This document shows positions 1 through 9,690 of a stretch of DNA of 64,000 nucleotides, piece by piece. The translations under genes were made by a program, and so were the position numbers. Within the stretch, counting starts at the first letter, position 1. The number at the start of each line of letters is the position of its first letter. The stretch is taken from the sequence record OQ349392.1; one strand, 5' to 3'. This stretch comes from Escherichia phage KIT06. The notes beneath the pieces were generated by a model that worked only from the letters and a program-made list of their open reading frames with translations, was not told the origin of the DNA and did not search any database.

Positions 1-246
1 ACTGATATTGAATCTGGCGTAATATTTTTGTTAGTATTAATTCTTCCATTAGTAGTTCCATTTTTATTGGTACCTGTAAATTGGGTAGGATATTGGTATC
101 AAGGAAGGCATTATCGTAAACGTGTACGTGAATGGAAAGCTCAGTGTAAAAAGATTAAAAAGGAACACCAGCTTAAACTAAATATGTATGAATTTAATGA
201 AATTATGAAATTTGTTAAGGAATCACGATGCAAAAGCCAAAACTAA
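1..246 (+). CDS. hypothetical membrane protein, 5' end outside window
   Basis: Frame 1 open from position 1 to stop at 246; hydrophobic stretch LVLILPLVVPFLLVP; lies in e.x region upstream of nudE. Confidence 0.4.
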   Translation, partial: TDIESGVIFLLVLILPLVVPFLLVPVNWVGYWYQGRHYRKRVREWKAQCKKIKKEHQLKLNMYEFNEIMKFVKESRCKSQN

Positions 247-602
247 ATAAAGTCAAATATTCTTTTTCTGAGTCATTTTTAATTTTTGCTGTGGCGTTGG
301 CTGCAGCTCTTGCTGGTAGTCTTATTGGATTAATGATTGACTGTATTATTTTAAACATCCGCAGTAACGTCAGCGGTATAGTAGATATAATAGAAGTTTG
401 GAGTGAACTTCATTATACTATAGCGATTTCATTATTTTCATTCTTTGGTATTATTTTATATTTTCATTATGATAATTTTAAAATAAATTGGCAAAGAAAA
501 AAGGATTACAAAATACAATTAAAAGAATATAATAACTACATGTCTTATATTGAAAATGAATCAATGAAAGAATTCGTGAATGATTGTAGGAAAATCAAAT
601 GA
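228..602 (+). CDS. hypothetical small membrane protein
   Basis: 124-aa ORF, ATG with AAGGA upstream, two hydrophobic segments, overlaps neighbours as in T4 gene packing. Confidence 0.5.
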   Translation: MQKPKLNKVKYSFSESFLIFAVALAAALAGSLIGLMIDCIILNIRSNVSGIVDIIEVWSELHYTIAISLFSFFGIILYFHYDNFKINWQRKKDYKIQLKEYNNYMSYIENESMKEFVNDCRKIK

Positions 603-1087
603 TTTTAAAAACTCGCTGGTATGATTTAGATGATGGGGACGATGGCATTCCAGTTGATAGAGTTGACTGGAATGGCTGTTCCGAAGATATGAAAAATTTG
701 TTAATTAGGGAGTTTAGAATGGGATATCAGCCAGTTAAGCCATCTACTGCAACAGATGATAAGTTTGTATGTATTCAAAATGGCCGCGCTAAGTTAACGA
801 ACGCTGATTGGTTCACAGATAAAATTATGATTCTGTGGTATATTATTAGTCTTCCTGTGACATCATTCGTATTTTACTTTTTTATAAAAAATCCAATGGA
901 CAGAATAGGAGATTGGATTCTTTTAACCATACTTGTTAATATTTTTACAGCAGCAATATTATCTGGGATATGGTACACGTTCATTGAAATGCCATGGCGG
1001 CTACGCAGACAACAAAAGATTTTTGATGAAAAGAAATATACTCAAAATTTAAATAACTTTATCACTGAATGCAGGAAATTAAAATGA
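599..1087 (+). CDS. hypothetical membrane protein
   Basis: 162-aa ORF, ATGA overlap with upstream gene, hydrophobic segments (ILWYIISLPVTSFVFYFFI, ILLTILVNIFTAAILSGIWY). Confidence 0.5.
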   Translation: MILKTRWYDLDDGDDGIPVDRVDWNGCSEDMKNLLIREFRMGYQPVKPSTATDDKFVCIQNGRAKLTNADWFTDKIMILWYIISLPVTSFVFYFFIKNPMDRIGDWILLTILVNIFTAAILSGIWYTFIEMPWRLRRQQKIFDEKKYTQNLNNFITECRKLK

Positions 1088-1524
1088 AAACATTATCAGC
1101 TGGTATTATCTTTATGACAGAAGATAAAGATTTATTCATGGGACGGGTTACTGGTTCTCGTAAGCCTGGAATGATGGCACATCGCTGGGATATCCCAAAG
1201 GGCCGCGTAGAAAATTCTGATTTAAGCGCACTAGATGCAGCACGAAGAGAATGTTTAGAAGAGACTGGTTTTAACAATTATAATCCAGACCTTCTAGAAG
1301 ACCTAGGTGTATTTAAATATTCTAGTAATAAAGACTTACATCTGTTTTATTATACGATTCCAGTAGAGCATGAGATGTTTAGAAATTGCCATTGCGAGTC
1401 TTATTTTGAAAATAAAGATGGCGTTATGATTCCAGAGATGGATGCTTTTGCTCTTATTCCTCGTACTCAGTGGCAATATGTGATGGGTCCTTCACTTTAC
1501 CGAATAATGAACAACCTCTTTTAA
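1069..1524 (+). CDS. nudE: Nudix hydrolase NudE (e.1)
   Basis: 151 aa; Nudix box GRVENSDLSALDAARRECLEETGF (GX5EX7REUXEEXGU); directly upstream of lysozyme as in T4; alternative start ATG 1084. Confidence 0.8.
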   Translation: MQEIKMKTLSAGIIFMTEDKDLFMGRVTGSRKPGMMAHRWDIPKGRVENSDLSALDAARRECLEETGFNNYNPDLLEDLGVFKYSSNKDLHLFYYTIPVEHEMFRNCHCESYFENKDGVMIPEMDAFALIPRTQWQYVMGPSLYRIMNNLF

Positions 1525-2055
<531 letters not shown>

Positions 2056-2059
2056 AGTT

Positions 2060-2089
2060 GTTTACTTTCTCCTAGAACTGTGATAGTAT
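2060..2089 (+). promoter_or_regulatory. T4 early-type promoter
   Basis: GTTTAC at 2060-2065, -10-like ATAGTAT about 17 nt downstream, upstream of ipII. Confidence 0.45.
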
Positions 2090-2126
2090 ATTCATAGTTA
2101 CTAATTAAAATATTTAAAGGAACCAT

Positions 2127-2444
2127 ATGAAAACGTTTAAAGAATTTATTGCAGAATCTGCCCAAGGACAACGTGTAGAAGGCGGTTATATCTGGATTGA
2201 ACAAGTTGAGCCGCCAAGTCGCACTTCTACAGGTAAATGGAAAATTACTGTTGATGGTCCTGGTGGTAAACGTAGGACTCTTAAAGAAATTAATGGGTAC
2301 TATGAAGAAGCTCTTTCGGATGCAGGAACTTACATGATGCAAATCATGATTAAAAACCCTGAAAACCGTTTTGCAGCTAGAGTTTTCCGACGCATCGGTA
2401 ATAAACTTTATGACGCATACTCTAAAAACTTCCCTAAAGAATAA
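2127..2444 (+). CDS. ipII: head internal protein II (CTS-bearing)
   Basis: 105 aa; N-terminal capsid targeting sequence MKTFKEFIAE; basic; adjacent to e as in T4; symbol assigned by size and position. Confidence 0.6.
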   Translation: MKTFKEFIAESAQGQRVEGGYIWIEQVEPPSRTSTGKWKITVDGPGGKRRTLKEINGYYEEALSDAGTYMMQIMIKNPENRFAARVFRRIGNKLYDAYSKNFPKE

Positions 2445-2470
2445 CATGAATTAAAACAATAGGAACAAAA

Positions 2471-3049
2471 ATGAAAACGTATCAAGAATTTATTGCTGAA
2501 GCTTCTGTAGTAAAGGCCAAAGGCATTAATAAGGACGAGTGGAACTATCGTGGTGGAAACGGCTTTGACCCTAAAACAGCCCCTATTGAACGATACTTAG
2601 CTACAAAAGCTTCCGATTTTAAAGCTTTCGCTTGGGAAGGACTTCGCTGGCGTACCGATTTAAATATTGAAGTTGACGGACTTAAATTTGGTCATATTCA
2701 AGATGTTGTTGCTAGTAACTTGGACGCAGCTTTTGTTAAAGCTGACGGTGACCTTCGTCGCTGGAATTTAAAACTATTCTCTAAACAGAAAGGCCCGGTG
2801 TTTGTGCCTAAAGCTGGTAAATGGGTTATTGATAATAAATTAGCTAAGGCTGTCAACTACGCTGGCCTTGAATTCGCCAAGCATAAATCATCATGGAAAG
2901 GTCTTGATGCAATGGCCTTCCGTAAAGAATTTGCTGATGTTATGGCTAAAGGCGGCTTTAAGGCAGAAATAGATACCTCTAAAGGTACGTTTAAGGACGC
3001 TAATGTTCAGTACGCTTATGCCGTTGCTAATGCAGCCCGTGGTAATTAA
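2471..3049 (+). CDS. ipIII: head internal protein III (CTS-bearing)
   Basis: 192 aa; N-terminal CTS MKTYQEFIAE; basic, Lys/Ala-rich; size matches T4 IPIII. Confidence 0.6.
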   Translation: MKTYQEFIAEASVVKAKGINKDEWNYRGGNGFDPKTAPIERYLATKASDFKAFAWEGLRWRTDLNIEVDGLKFGHIQDVVASNLDAAFVKADGDLRRWNLKLFSKQKGPVFVPKAGKWVIDNKLAKAVNYAGLEFAKHKSSWKGLDAMAFRKEFADVMAKGGFKAEIDTSKGTFKDANVQYAYAVANAARGN

Positions 3050-3226
3050 TAAGGCCGATACTTAGGCCTATTTACATTCAAATAACATGGGAACAACCTG
3101 GACCTCATGATTCTATGAGGGATTCCCGCCAACCTGTAATAAGGTCGAGCCCAAGTGCGGTAATGGGTAAATACAGAAATGGACAATTCATGCGCCATGG
3201 AATGGCCCAAATTTAGAGAGAATAAA

Positions 3227-3766
3227 ATGAGAACATTTTTAACTGGTCCTTATCTATCCCTGATGAATGCTTTTACACACCATTCTGATGCTAGAGTAGA
3301 AGAAATTTGTAAAAACGATTATATCCCACCATTTGAAGACTTACTCAAACAGTATTGTACACTTCGTTTAGATGGTGGCAGACAATCTGGTAAATCAACT
3401 GCAGTAACTAATTTTGCCGCTAATTGGTTATATGATGGTGGAACAGTTATTGTTCTTTCTAATACTTCAGCTTATGCTAAAATTTCTGCGGGCCACATTA
3501 AAAAAGAATTTTCTCGTTATTCTAGCGATGATATTCGATTCCGCTTATTTACCGATTCTGTCCGTAGTTTTATCGGTAATAAAGGAAGCAAGTTCAGAGG
3601 TTTATTGCTTTCGCGAATTTTGTATATAATTGATGATCCTGTTAAAGCTCCTGATATGGATAAAATTTACGATATTCATATTGAAACTGTGCACCACTGT
3701 TGCAATAGTAAATGCTGCATTGGTGGTATTACTCGTCCACAGTTTTTCATAATCGGAATGCAATGA
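3227..3766 (+). CDS. hypothetical P-loop NTPase
   Basis: Walker A GGRQSGKST and Walker B-like ILYIIDD; start 3227 chosen for GAGAG SD (ORF track start 3179). Confidence 0.45.
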   Translation: MRTFLTGPYLSLMNAFTHHSDARVEEICKNDYIPPFEDLLKQYCTLRLDGGRQSGKSTAVTNFAANWLYDGGTVIVLSNTSAYAKISAGHIKKEFSRYSSDDIRFRLFTDSVRSFIGNKGSKFRGLLLSRILYIIDDPVKAPDMDKIYDIHIETVHHCCNSKCCIGGITRPQFFIIGMQ

Positions 3767-4092
3767 TGACAGACACGCAACTTTTCGAATATCTTTATTT
3801 TTCGCCAAAAACTGTTAAAAATAAATTGGTGAATCATTTTGAAATTTTGGCAAATAACAACGTCTTGAGCGAATTTTATCCTAAGCAATACAAACTACAA
3901 AAAGGTGTATTCAAAGGATGCAGAGTTTTGTGCACTGCTCCTAATGTAAGATTAATGAATAAAATTCCATATTTTACCATGGAATTTATTGATGGGCCTT
4001 TTAAAGGACTAATCACGCAGAGTTTAATGGCATATGATTCTGAGCCATTTTTAATTAAAGAGCAATCTTGGATAAATTTATTTTCTAATTGA
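3763..4092 (+). CDS. hypothetical protein
   Basis: ATGA overlap with upstream stop; first in-frame ATG of ORF 3712..4092. Confidence 0.45.
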   Translation: MMTDTQLFEYLYFSPKTVKNKLVNHFEILANNNVLSEFYPKQYKLQKGVFKGCRVLCTAPNVRLMNKIPYFTMEFIDGPFKGLITQSLMAYDSEPFLIKEQSWINLFSN

Positions 4093-4100
4093 GAGGTTAT

Positions 4101-4463
4101 ATGAAAGCATATCAAATTCTTGAAGGCACGCATAAAGGTACTATTTATTTTGAAGACGGTATTCAAGCACGAATTATTGTCTCTAAAACTTTTAAAGAGG
4201 ACTCTTTTGTAGACCCAGAAATTTTCTATGGTTTGCATGCCCGTGAAATTGAAATTGAAACACAACCTACAGTTAAAATTGAAGGTGGTCAACACCTGAA
4301 CGTTAACGTTCTGCGTCGTGAAACTCTGGAAGATGCAGTTAAGCATCCGGAAAAATATCCGCAGCTGACCATCCGTGTATCCGGTTATGCAGTTCGCTTT
4401 AACTCTCTGACTCCGGAACAGCAGCGCGACGTTATCGCTCGTACCTTTACTGAGAGTCTGTAA
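4101..4463 (+). CDS. autonomous glycyl-radical cofactor (GrcA/YfiD-like; T4 Y06I-like)
   Basis: C-terminal 60 aa [59 protein letters not shown] matches E. coli GrcA glycine-radical motif RVSGYAV; SD GAGAGG before ATG 4101. Confidence 0.8.
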   Translation: MKAYQILEGTHKGTIYFEDGIQARIIVSKTFKEDSFVDPEIFYGLHAREIEIETQPTVKIEGGQHLNVNVLRRETLEDAVKHPEKYPQLTIRVSGYAVRFNSLTPEQQRDVIARTFTESL

Positions 4464-4684
4464 TGGCAAAGATAATTATTGAAGGTTCTGAAGATGTGTT
4501 AAATGCTTTCGCCGAATGGTTTAGTAATTCAGGCGAACAGCAATTTAATGAAGCGTGGAACATGGGTGATATTAGTGGAATTTATCCTACGACAGAAATT
4601 TCTGTTCAGGGATATGGCATTCATGAGCCTATTCGTTTAATTGAATATGATTTGGGTACTGGTGAGGAAGTAAAATATGATTGA
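4463..4684 (+). CDS. hypothetical protein
   Basis: 73-aa ORF, ATG overlapping upstream stop (TAATG). Confidence 0.45.
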   Translation: MAKIIIEGSEDVLNAFAEWFSNSGEQQFNEAWNMGDISGIYPTTEISVQGYGIHEPIRLIEYDLGTGEEVKYD

Positions 4685-4943
4685 AGATATTAAGGGTTAT
4701 AAGCCACATACTGAAGAGAAAATCGGTAAAGTGAATGCTATCAAAGATGCTGAAGTTCGTTTAGGACTTATCTTTGATGCTTTATATGATGAATTCTGGG
4801 AAGCACTAGATAATTGTGAAGACTGTGAATTCGCGAAGAATTATGCTGAAAGCCTTGATCAGTTAACTATTGCTAAAACTAAACTCAAAGAAGCCAGTAT
4901 GTGGGCTTGTCGTGCTGTGTTCCAACCAGAGGAAAAATATTAA
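4677..4943 (+). CDS. hypothetical protein
   Basis: 88-aa acidic ORF in vs.x region; short overlap with neighbours. Confidence 0.45.
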   Translation: MIEDIKGYKPHTEEKIGKVNAIKDAEVRLGLIFDALYDEFWEALDNCEDCEFAKNYAESLDQLTIAKTKLKEASMWACRAVFQPEEKY

Positions 4944-5221
4944 TGGCTCAATTAAGCGCAGGGTTTGGTTATGAGTATTATACTGCCCCTCGTCGTGTAT
5001 CTGTTGCTCCTAAGAAAATTCAAAGTCTTGATGATTTCCAGGAAGTAATTCGTAACGCTTTCCAGGACTATGCGCGTTATCTTAAAGAAGATTCACAGGA
5101 CTGTCTCGAAGAAGATGAAATTGCTTACTATGAGCAGCGTCTTGAACAGCTTAAAAACTTACATGAGGTTCGTGCAGAAGTTTCAAAGTCTATGAATAAA
5201 TTGATTAGATTTAAAGAATAA
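4943..5221 (+). CDS. hypothetical protein
   Basis: 92 aa from first ATG (ORF track 4901 is a non-ATG start); TAATG overlap. Confidence 0.45.
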   Translation: MAQLSAGFGYEYYTAPRRVSVAPKKIQSLDDFQEVIRNAFQDYARYLKEDSQDCLEEDEIAYYEQRLEQLKNLHEVRAEVSKSMNKLIRFKE

Positions 5222-5223
5222 CT

Positions 5224-5253
5224 GTTTACTTTTCCTCTTGACTGTGGTATAAT
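5224..5253 (+). promoter_or_regulatory. T4 early promoter upstream of regB
   Basis: GTTTAC 5224-5229, 18-nt spacer, TGGTATAAT with TATAAT at 5248-5253; SD GAGGAG then ATG 5281. Confidence 0.6.
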
Positions 5254-5280
5254 TTTTCTATCAGTTAAGAGGAGAATAAC

Positions 5281-5742
5281 ATGACTATCAACACAGAAGT
5301 TTTTATCCGTCGAAATAAGCTCCGTCGTCACTTTGAGTCGGAGTTTCGTCAAATTAACAATGAGATTCGTGAGGCATCAAAAGCAGCAGGGGTCTCATCG
5401 TTTCATCTAAAATATTCTCAGCATCTTCTTGATCGTGCAATTCAACGGGAGATTGATGAGACATATGTTTTTGAATTATTCCATAAAATAAAAGACCATG
5501 TTTTAGAAGTTAATGAATTCCTGAATATGCCTCCACGCCCTGACATTGACGAGGATTTTATTGATGGGATTGAATATCGTCCTGGGCGTTTAGAAATCAC
5601 AGATGGAAATCTTTGGCTTGGATTTACAGTTTGTAAACCTAATGCGAAGTTCAAAGACCCGTCGCTTCAATGCAGGATGGCAATTATCAACAGTCGTCGT
5701 TTACCGGGAAAGGCTTCTAAGGCAGTAATTAAAACTCAATGA
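5281..5742 (+). CDS. regB: RegB site-specific endoribonuclease
   Basis: 153 aa, same length as T4 RegB; sequence recognised (MTINTEVFIRRNKLRR...); own early promoter. Confidence 0.9.
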   Translation: MTINTEVFIRRNKLRRHFESEFRQINNEIREASKAAGVSSFHLKYSQHLLDRAIQREIDETYVFELFHKIKDHVLEVNEFLNMPPRPDIDEDFIDGIEYRPGRLEITDGNLWLGFTVCKPNAKFKDPSLQCRMAIINSRRLPGKASKAVIKTQ

Positions 5743-5749
5743 GGTAAGC

Positions 5750-6295
5750 ATGAGAAAAGCACTACTCGCTGGTCTATTGGCCATTTCTATGATGGCACAT
5801 AGCTCCGAGCATACTTTCAGTAATGTCCAACTCGATAACATGCGTTACGCGTATCAATTCGGGGAACAATTTTCTAAGGATGGAAAATATAAAACACACA
5901 AAAATATCCACAAGAGCGGATTAGGTCATATAATGGCTGCTATTTTATGGCAAGAAAGCTCTGCCGGAGTTAATTTAAAATCTAAACCAAAGCATCATGC
6001 CTACGGAATGTTCCAAAATTATTTGCCGACCATGCGCGCAAGAGTTAAGGAACTTGGTTATAATATGACCGATGCCGAAATAAAAAGAATGTTGAATAAA
6101 CGGTCCAATTCAGCTTCCTGGGCGTACATTGAACTTTCTTATTGGTTAAATATACATAAGGGCGATATAAGAAAAGCAATATCCTCTTATAATTCGGGAT
6201 GGAATGTTAAAGCAGGTTCTAAATATGCTTCTGAAGTCCTAGAAAAGGCTAACTACCTTAAAAATAATAAACTGTTGGAAATAGTAAATGACTAA
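5750..6295 (+). CDS. secreted lytic-transglycosylase-like protein (vs.1 position)
   Basis: Signal peptide MRKALLAGLLAISMMAHS; SLT-like motifs WQESS and SYNSGWN. Confidence 0.55.
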   Translation: MRKALLAGLLAISMMAHSSEHTFSNVQLDNMRYAYQFGEQFSKDGKYKTHKNIHKSGLGHIMAAILWQESSAGVNLKSKPKHHAYGMFQNYLPTMRARVKELGYNMTDAEIKRMLNKRSNSASWAYIELSYWLNIHKGDIRKAISSYNSGWNVKAGSKYASEVLEKANYLKNNKLLEIVND

Positions 6296-6629
6296 AATTT
6301 TGGTTTTATGTGTAGGATTAATTTCATTTTCTGCGTTAGCAGATATATCATATTCTGAAGTTAGAGAGTATGTAAACCGTACTGCCGCGGATTATTGTGG
6401 GAAAAATAAAGCATGCCAAGCTGAATTTGCGCAGAAATTAATATATGCATATAAAGACGGAGAAAGAGATAAATCAAGTAGATACAAGAACGATACTTTA
6501 TTAAAACGATATGCTAAAAAGTGGAATACCTTAGAATGTTCAGTTGCGGAGGAGAAAGATAAAGCCGCTTGTCATTCAATGGTTGACCGTTTAGTAGATT
6601 CTTATAATCGAGGATTGAGTACTAGATGA
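6288..6629 (+). CDS. small secreted protein (vs position)
   Basis: 113 aa, signal peptide MTKILVLCVGLISFSALA, several Cys; position corresponds to T4 vs but identity not verified. Confidence 0.45.
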   Translation: MTKILVLCVGLISFSALADISYSEVREYVNRTAADYCGKNKACQAEFAQKLIYAYKDGERDKSSRYKNDTLLKRYAKKWNTLECSVAEEKDKAACHSMVDRLVDSYNRGLSTR

Positions 6630-7105
6630 TTGTAAAATATATCAAGGGCGATATTGTCGCCCTATTTCTTCAAGGTAATATTATTGCGCACGGGTGCAAT
6701 TGTTTTCATACTATGGGTTCAGGTGTAGCAGGTCAATTAGCAAGGGCCTATCCTAAAATTTTAGAAATAGATAAAACTACTACCGAGTACGGTTCTCGCG
6801 ATAAATTAGGCGATATGTCTATTGTTTTTAAACATAGTCCTACGGGATTTGGTATATGCTATAACCTGTATACGCAATACGAACCGGGTCCTAATCTTGA
6901 TTATGGTGCTTTAGTAAACTGCATGATAGAATTAAATCTACAGGCAGAGACCCTTTTGTTTAAACCAGTAATTTACATTCCACGCATAGGTTGCGGTATT
7001 GCTGGCGGTGATTGGGATAAGGTTTCTAAATTAATCGATATGTTTACTCCTGATATTGATTTAATAGTGGTGGATTATGAAAGTACATTACCCGCATCCG
7101 TTTGA
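6626..7105 (+). CDS. macro-domain protein (ADP-ribose binding/hydrolase-like)
   Basis: 159 aa; KGDIVALFLQGNIIAHGCNCFHTMGSGVAGQL and IPRIGCGIAGGDW match macro-domain glycine-rich loops. Confidence 0.6.
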   Translation: MIVKYIKGDIVALFLQGNIIAHGCNCFHTMGSGVAGQLARAYPKILEIDKTTTEYGSRDKLGDMSIVFKHSPTGFGICYNLYTQYEPGPNLDYGALVNCMIELNLQAETLLFKPVIYIPRIGCGIAGGDWDKVSKLIDMFTPDIDLIVVDYESTLPASV

Positions 7106-7289
7106 TCCTAAAAACAAAGCGGAAATTATTCGTCAATGGGAACGCATTTGCCGTACTAAATGCCCAATTAATAGTTCTCATGATGTAGATAAAGATTATA
7201 TTGGAACATTCGTTGAATATACCTTTATTGATAGGAAAGGTCGTAAACAACATGTAGAAGAATATTGCTTAAAGGTTACATGGTTATGA
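7077..7289 (+). CDS. hypothetical protein
   Basis: 70-aa ORF between macro-domain gene and tk, overlaps neighbours. Confidence 0.4.
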   Translation: MKVHYPHPFDPKNKAEIIRQWERICRTKCPINSSHDVDKDYIGTFVEYTFIDRKGRKQHVEEYCLKVTWL

Positions 7290-7471
7290 GTCTGAGTAAA
7301 GAACAAAAAGATAAATTGTTTGAGCTTATCCATGAACTTCTAGATGAGCATACAGAAGCAAACACCTTTTATGATGAATACGGCCCGCTATCTCCCGAAC
7401 AGCAAGAAGAATTTGCTGACCGGTTTGATAAGAAAGAAAACGAATTAATAGCTTATGTGAATACGCTTTAA
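7280..7471 (+). CDS. hypothetical protein
   Basis: 63 aa from ATG 7280 (ORF track 7265 is TTG); acidic. Confidence 0.4.
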   Translation: MVMSLSKEQKDKLFELIHELLDEHTEANTFYDEYGPLSPEQQEEFADRFDKKENELIAYVNTL

Positions 7472-7480
7472 GAAGGTGAT

Positions 7481-8062
7481 ATGGCGAGTTTAATTTTTAC
7501 TTATGCAGCAATGAATGCTGGAAAATCTGCTTCTCTTTTGACTGCTGCGCATAATTATAAAGAACGCGGAATGGGTGTATTAGTTCTTAAACCTGCTATT
7601 GATACTCGCGATTCTGTCTGTGAAGTCGTTTCTCGCATTGGAATTAAGCAGGAAGCGAATATTATTACGGATGATATGGATATTTTTGAGTTCTATAAAT
7701 GGGCTGAAGCACAAAAAGATATTCATTGCGTATTTGTAGATGAAGCTCAGTTTTTAAAAACTGAACAGGTGCATCAATTAAGCCGAATTGTCGATACATA
7801 CAATGTTCCTGTTATGGCTTATGGTCTAAGGACTGATTTCGCTGGAAAATTATTTGAAGGTTCTAAAGAACTTTTGGCGATTGCAGATAAACTTATTGAA
7901 CTAAAGGCAGTTTGTCATTGCGGTAAAAAAGCGATTATGACGGCTCGATTAATGGAAGATGGAACACCAGTTAAAGAAGGTAATCAAATCTGTATTGGTG
8001 ATGAAATTTATGTTTCTTTGTGCAGAAAACATTGGAATGAATTAACTAAAAAGCTCGGTTAG
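7481..8062 (+). CDS. tk: thymidine kinase
   Basis: 193 aa, same as T4 Tk; P-loop AAMNAGKS, zinc-ribbon CHCGKKA...C; SD AAGGTG. Confidence 0.95.
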   Translation: MASLIFTYAAMNAGKSASLLTAAHNYKERGMGVLVLKPAIDTRDSVCEVVSRIGIKQEANIITDDMDIFEFYKWAEAQKDIHCVFVDEAQFLKTEQVHQLSRIVDTYNVPVMAYGLRTDFAGKLFEGSKELLAIADKLIELKAVCHCGKKAIMTARLMEDGTPVKEGNQICIGDEIYVSLCRKHWNELTKKLG

Positions 8063-8104
8063 TGCAAAAGTTATAAATAGGTTTATCTAACTAAAGGGGT
8101 ATAT

Positions 8105-8317
8105 ATGCTACAATTAACTGAAAAGCAACTTCGCAATCTTACTGTTCTTCAATTAGATGAAATTCGTAGGGAAGTTGGAAATATCATTTCAGCTTTGCGT
8201 CGAGAAGTATCACTCAACCAATCTCCGGCAGACTATACTAGATTGCGAAATTTTGAAAAATACCTTGATAAAGTTAAGGCCGTGCATCGGCACAAAGTAA
8301 ATACAGGACAAAAATGA
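8105..8317 (+). CDS. hypothetical protein (rI.1 position)
   Basis: 70-aa ORF between tk and rI; TATAAATA late-promoter-like motif at 8072-8079 upstream. Confidence 0.5.
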
Positions 8318-8329
8318 TAGGAGGCCTTT

Positions 8330-8623
8330 ATGGCCTTAAAAGCAACGGCACTATTTGCCATGCTAGGATTAGCGTTTGCTTTATCTCCACCGATTGAAGC
8401 GAATGTCGATCCTCATTTTGATAAATTTATGGAATCTGGCATTAGACATGTTTATATGCTTTTTGAAAATAAAAGCGTAGAATCATCTGAACAGTTCTAT
8501 AGTTTTATGCGAACGACCTATAAAAATGACCCGTGCTCTTCCGATTTTGAATGTATAGAGCGAGGCGCGGAGATGGCACAATCATACGCTAGAATTATGA
8601 ACATTAAATTGGAGACTGAATGA
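8330..8623 (+). CDS. rI: lysis inhibition regulator RI
   Basis: 97 aa; signal anchor MALKATALFAMLGLAFALSP and remainder near-identical to T4 RI as recalled. Confidence 0.9.
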   Translation: MALKATALFAMLGLAFALSPPIEANVDPHFDKFMESGIRHVYMLFENKSVESSEQFYSFMRTTYKNDPCSSDFECIERGAEMAQSYARIMNIKLETE

Positions 8624-9006
8624 AATTCAGCGACTTTTCACAAAGTGGAAAACCTTCAAAGGCAGATGAATACTTAGGTTTATTAATGGCTGCACAAGCT
8701 TATTTTCATTCTGCACATTTTGAAACTAAAAGTTATGCTAGACACAAAGCATACGATTTTATTTTCTCTGAGTTGCCAGATTTGATTGATAAATTTGGTG
8801 AGCAATATTTGGGGTATTCTGGTAGAAAATACACACCTTCTATTCCAGATGCCAGTAAACTTCCTACCGACACAATTAAAATGATTGATCGCATATTAGA
8901 CCAATCTAACAGCATTTACAAAGAAATGCCTCCAGCCATTCAAAGCACGATAGATGATATTACTGGAATGTTTTATCAAAGTAAATATCTTCTTTCCCTC
9001 GAATAA
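8620..9006 (+). CDS. hypothetical protein (rI.-1 position)
   Basis: 128-aa ORF, ATGA overlap with rI stop, followed by terminator. Confidence 0.55.
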   Translation: MKFSDFSQSGKPSKADEYLGLLMAAQAYFHSAHFETKSYARHKAYDFIFSELPDLIDKFGEQYLGYSGRKYTPSIPDASKLPTDTIKMIDRILDQSNSIYKEMPPAIQSTIDDITGMFYQSKYLLSLE

Positions 9007-9010
9007 CATT

Positions 9011-9034
9011 AGTCTCCTTCGGGAGACTTTTTTC
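9011..9034 (+). terminator. rho-independent terminator (UUCG tetraloop hairpin)
   Basis: AGTCTCC TTCG GGAGACT followed by TTTTTT. Confidence 0.75.
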
Positions 9035-9043
9035 ATTTTACCG

Positions 9044-9074
9044 GTTTACTTTCCATTTGAGCTGTGATACTATA
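9044..9074 (+). promoter_or_regulatory. T4 early-type promoter with conserved leader
   Basis: GTTTAC 9044-9049; -10 region TGATACTATACAACTATC shares the leader motif repeated at 12950, 14869, 40921. Confidence 0.5.
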
Positions 9075-9101
9075 CAACTATCGGATAAAGAGGAGAACAT
9101 C

Positions 9102-9290
9102 ATGAAAATTGAAGCACTTAATCAAGAAGGAAATATCTACGTCATCATTAATGGTGATTTTTTCGTCGACATGGATGAAGTTACCAGTGAAGAACTTGAA
9201 AAACTTCTTAAGAAACGTTATGATATGTGTGATGAAGCTGCAACTCATATGGCGTGTGCAATATTCTCTCTTTCATATGTGGTGGAATAA
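9102..9290 (+). CDS. hypothetical protein
   Basis: 62 aa from ATG 9102 with SD AGAGGAG (ORF track 9057 is a non-ATG start). Confidence 0.5.
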   Translation: MKIEALNQEGNIYVIINGDFFVDMDEVTSEELEKLLKKRYDMCDEAATHMACAIFSLSYVVE

Positions 9291-9493
9291 TGATTAGTAT
9301 CGAACAAGCAGATAAAATTAAAGAATTGGTAGCTTTAATTCGCAAAGCAGACGAGGAACTTAGTGACTTTGCTTGGTTTTCGGCAGGCATTGCAAATAAA
9401 GGCGCTGAAGAACTTGAAGCTAAAGTTGATAATGCTGTAGAAGCTTTAGATATGTTTCTTGATGAAATTATCGATCATAATACGAGAGTTTAA
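9290..9493 (+). CDS. hypothetical protein
   Basis: 67 aa from ATG 9290; TAATG overlap with upstream gene. Confidence 0.45.
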   Translation: MISIEQADKIKELVALIRKADEELSDFAWFSAGIANKGAEELEAKVDNAVEALDMFLDEIIDHNTRV

Positions 9494-9495
9494 GT

Positions 9496-9690
9496 ATGCT
9501 AACACGTGAACAGTTTGAAAAAATCATTAAATTAGCACGTGATATTGAAATAGATTCATACCAATTGGCAGTTGAGCATTGTGAAGGATATTCATACGAT
9601 GGTATAGAAGCAGCTAAAAAGGATTTGGATAAATCCAAAGCTAAGTTAGTTCAATATCTTGAAATGATTAGGTGGAATAATGAAAACTGA
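9496..9690 (+). CDS. hypothetical protein
   Basis: 64-aa ORF, ATG start. Confidence 0.45.
   Translation: MLTREQFEKIIKLARDIEIDSYQLAVEHCEGYSYDGIEAAKKDLDKSKAKLVQYLEMIRWNNEN

Noticed and set aside
3050-3170. Possible tRNA-like or small RNA gene in the GC-rich intergenic stretch after ipIII
   Set aside because: No acceptor/T-arm arrangement or conserved T-loop sequence could be built; retained only as a possible structured leader
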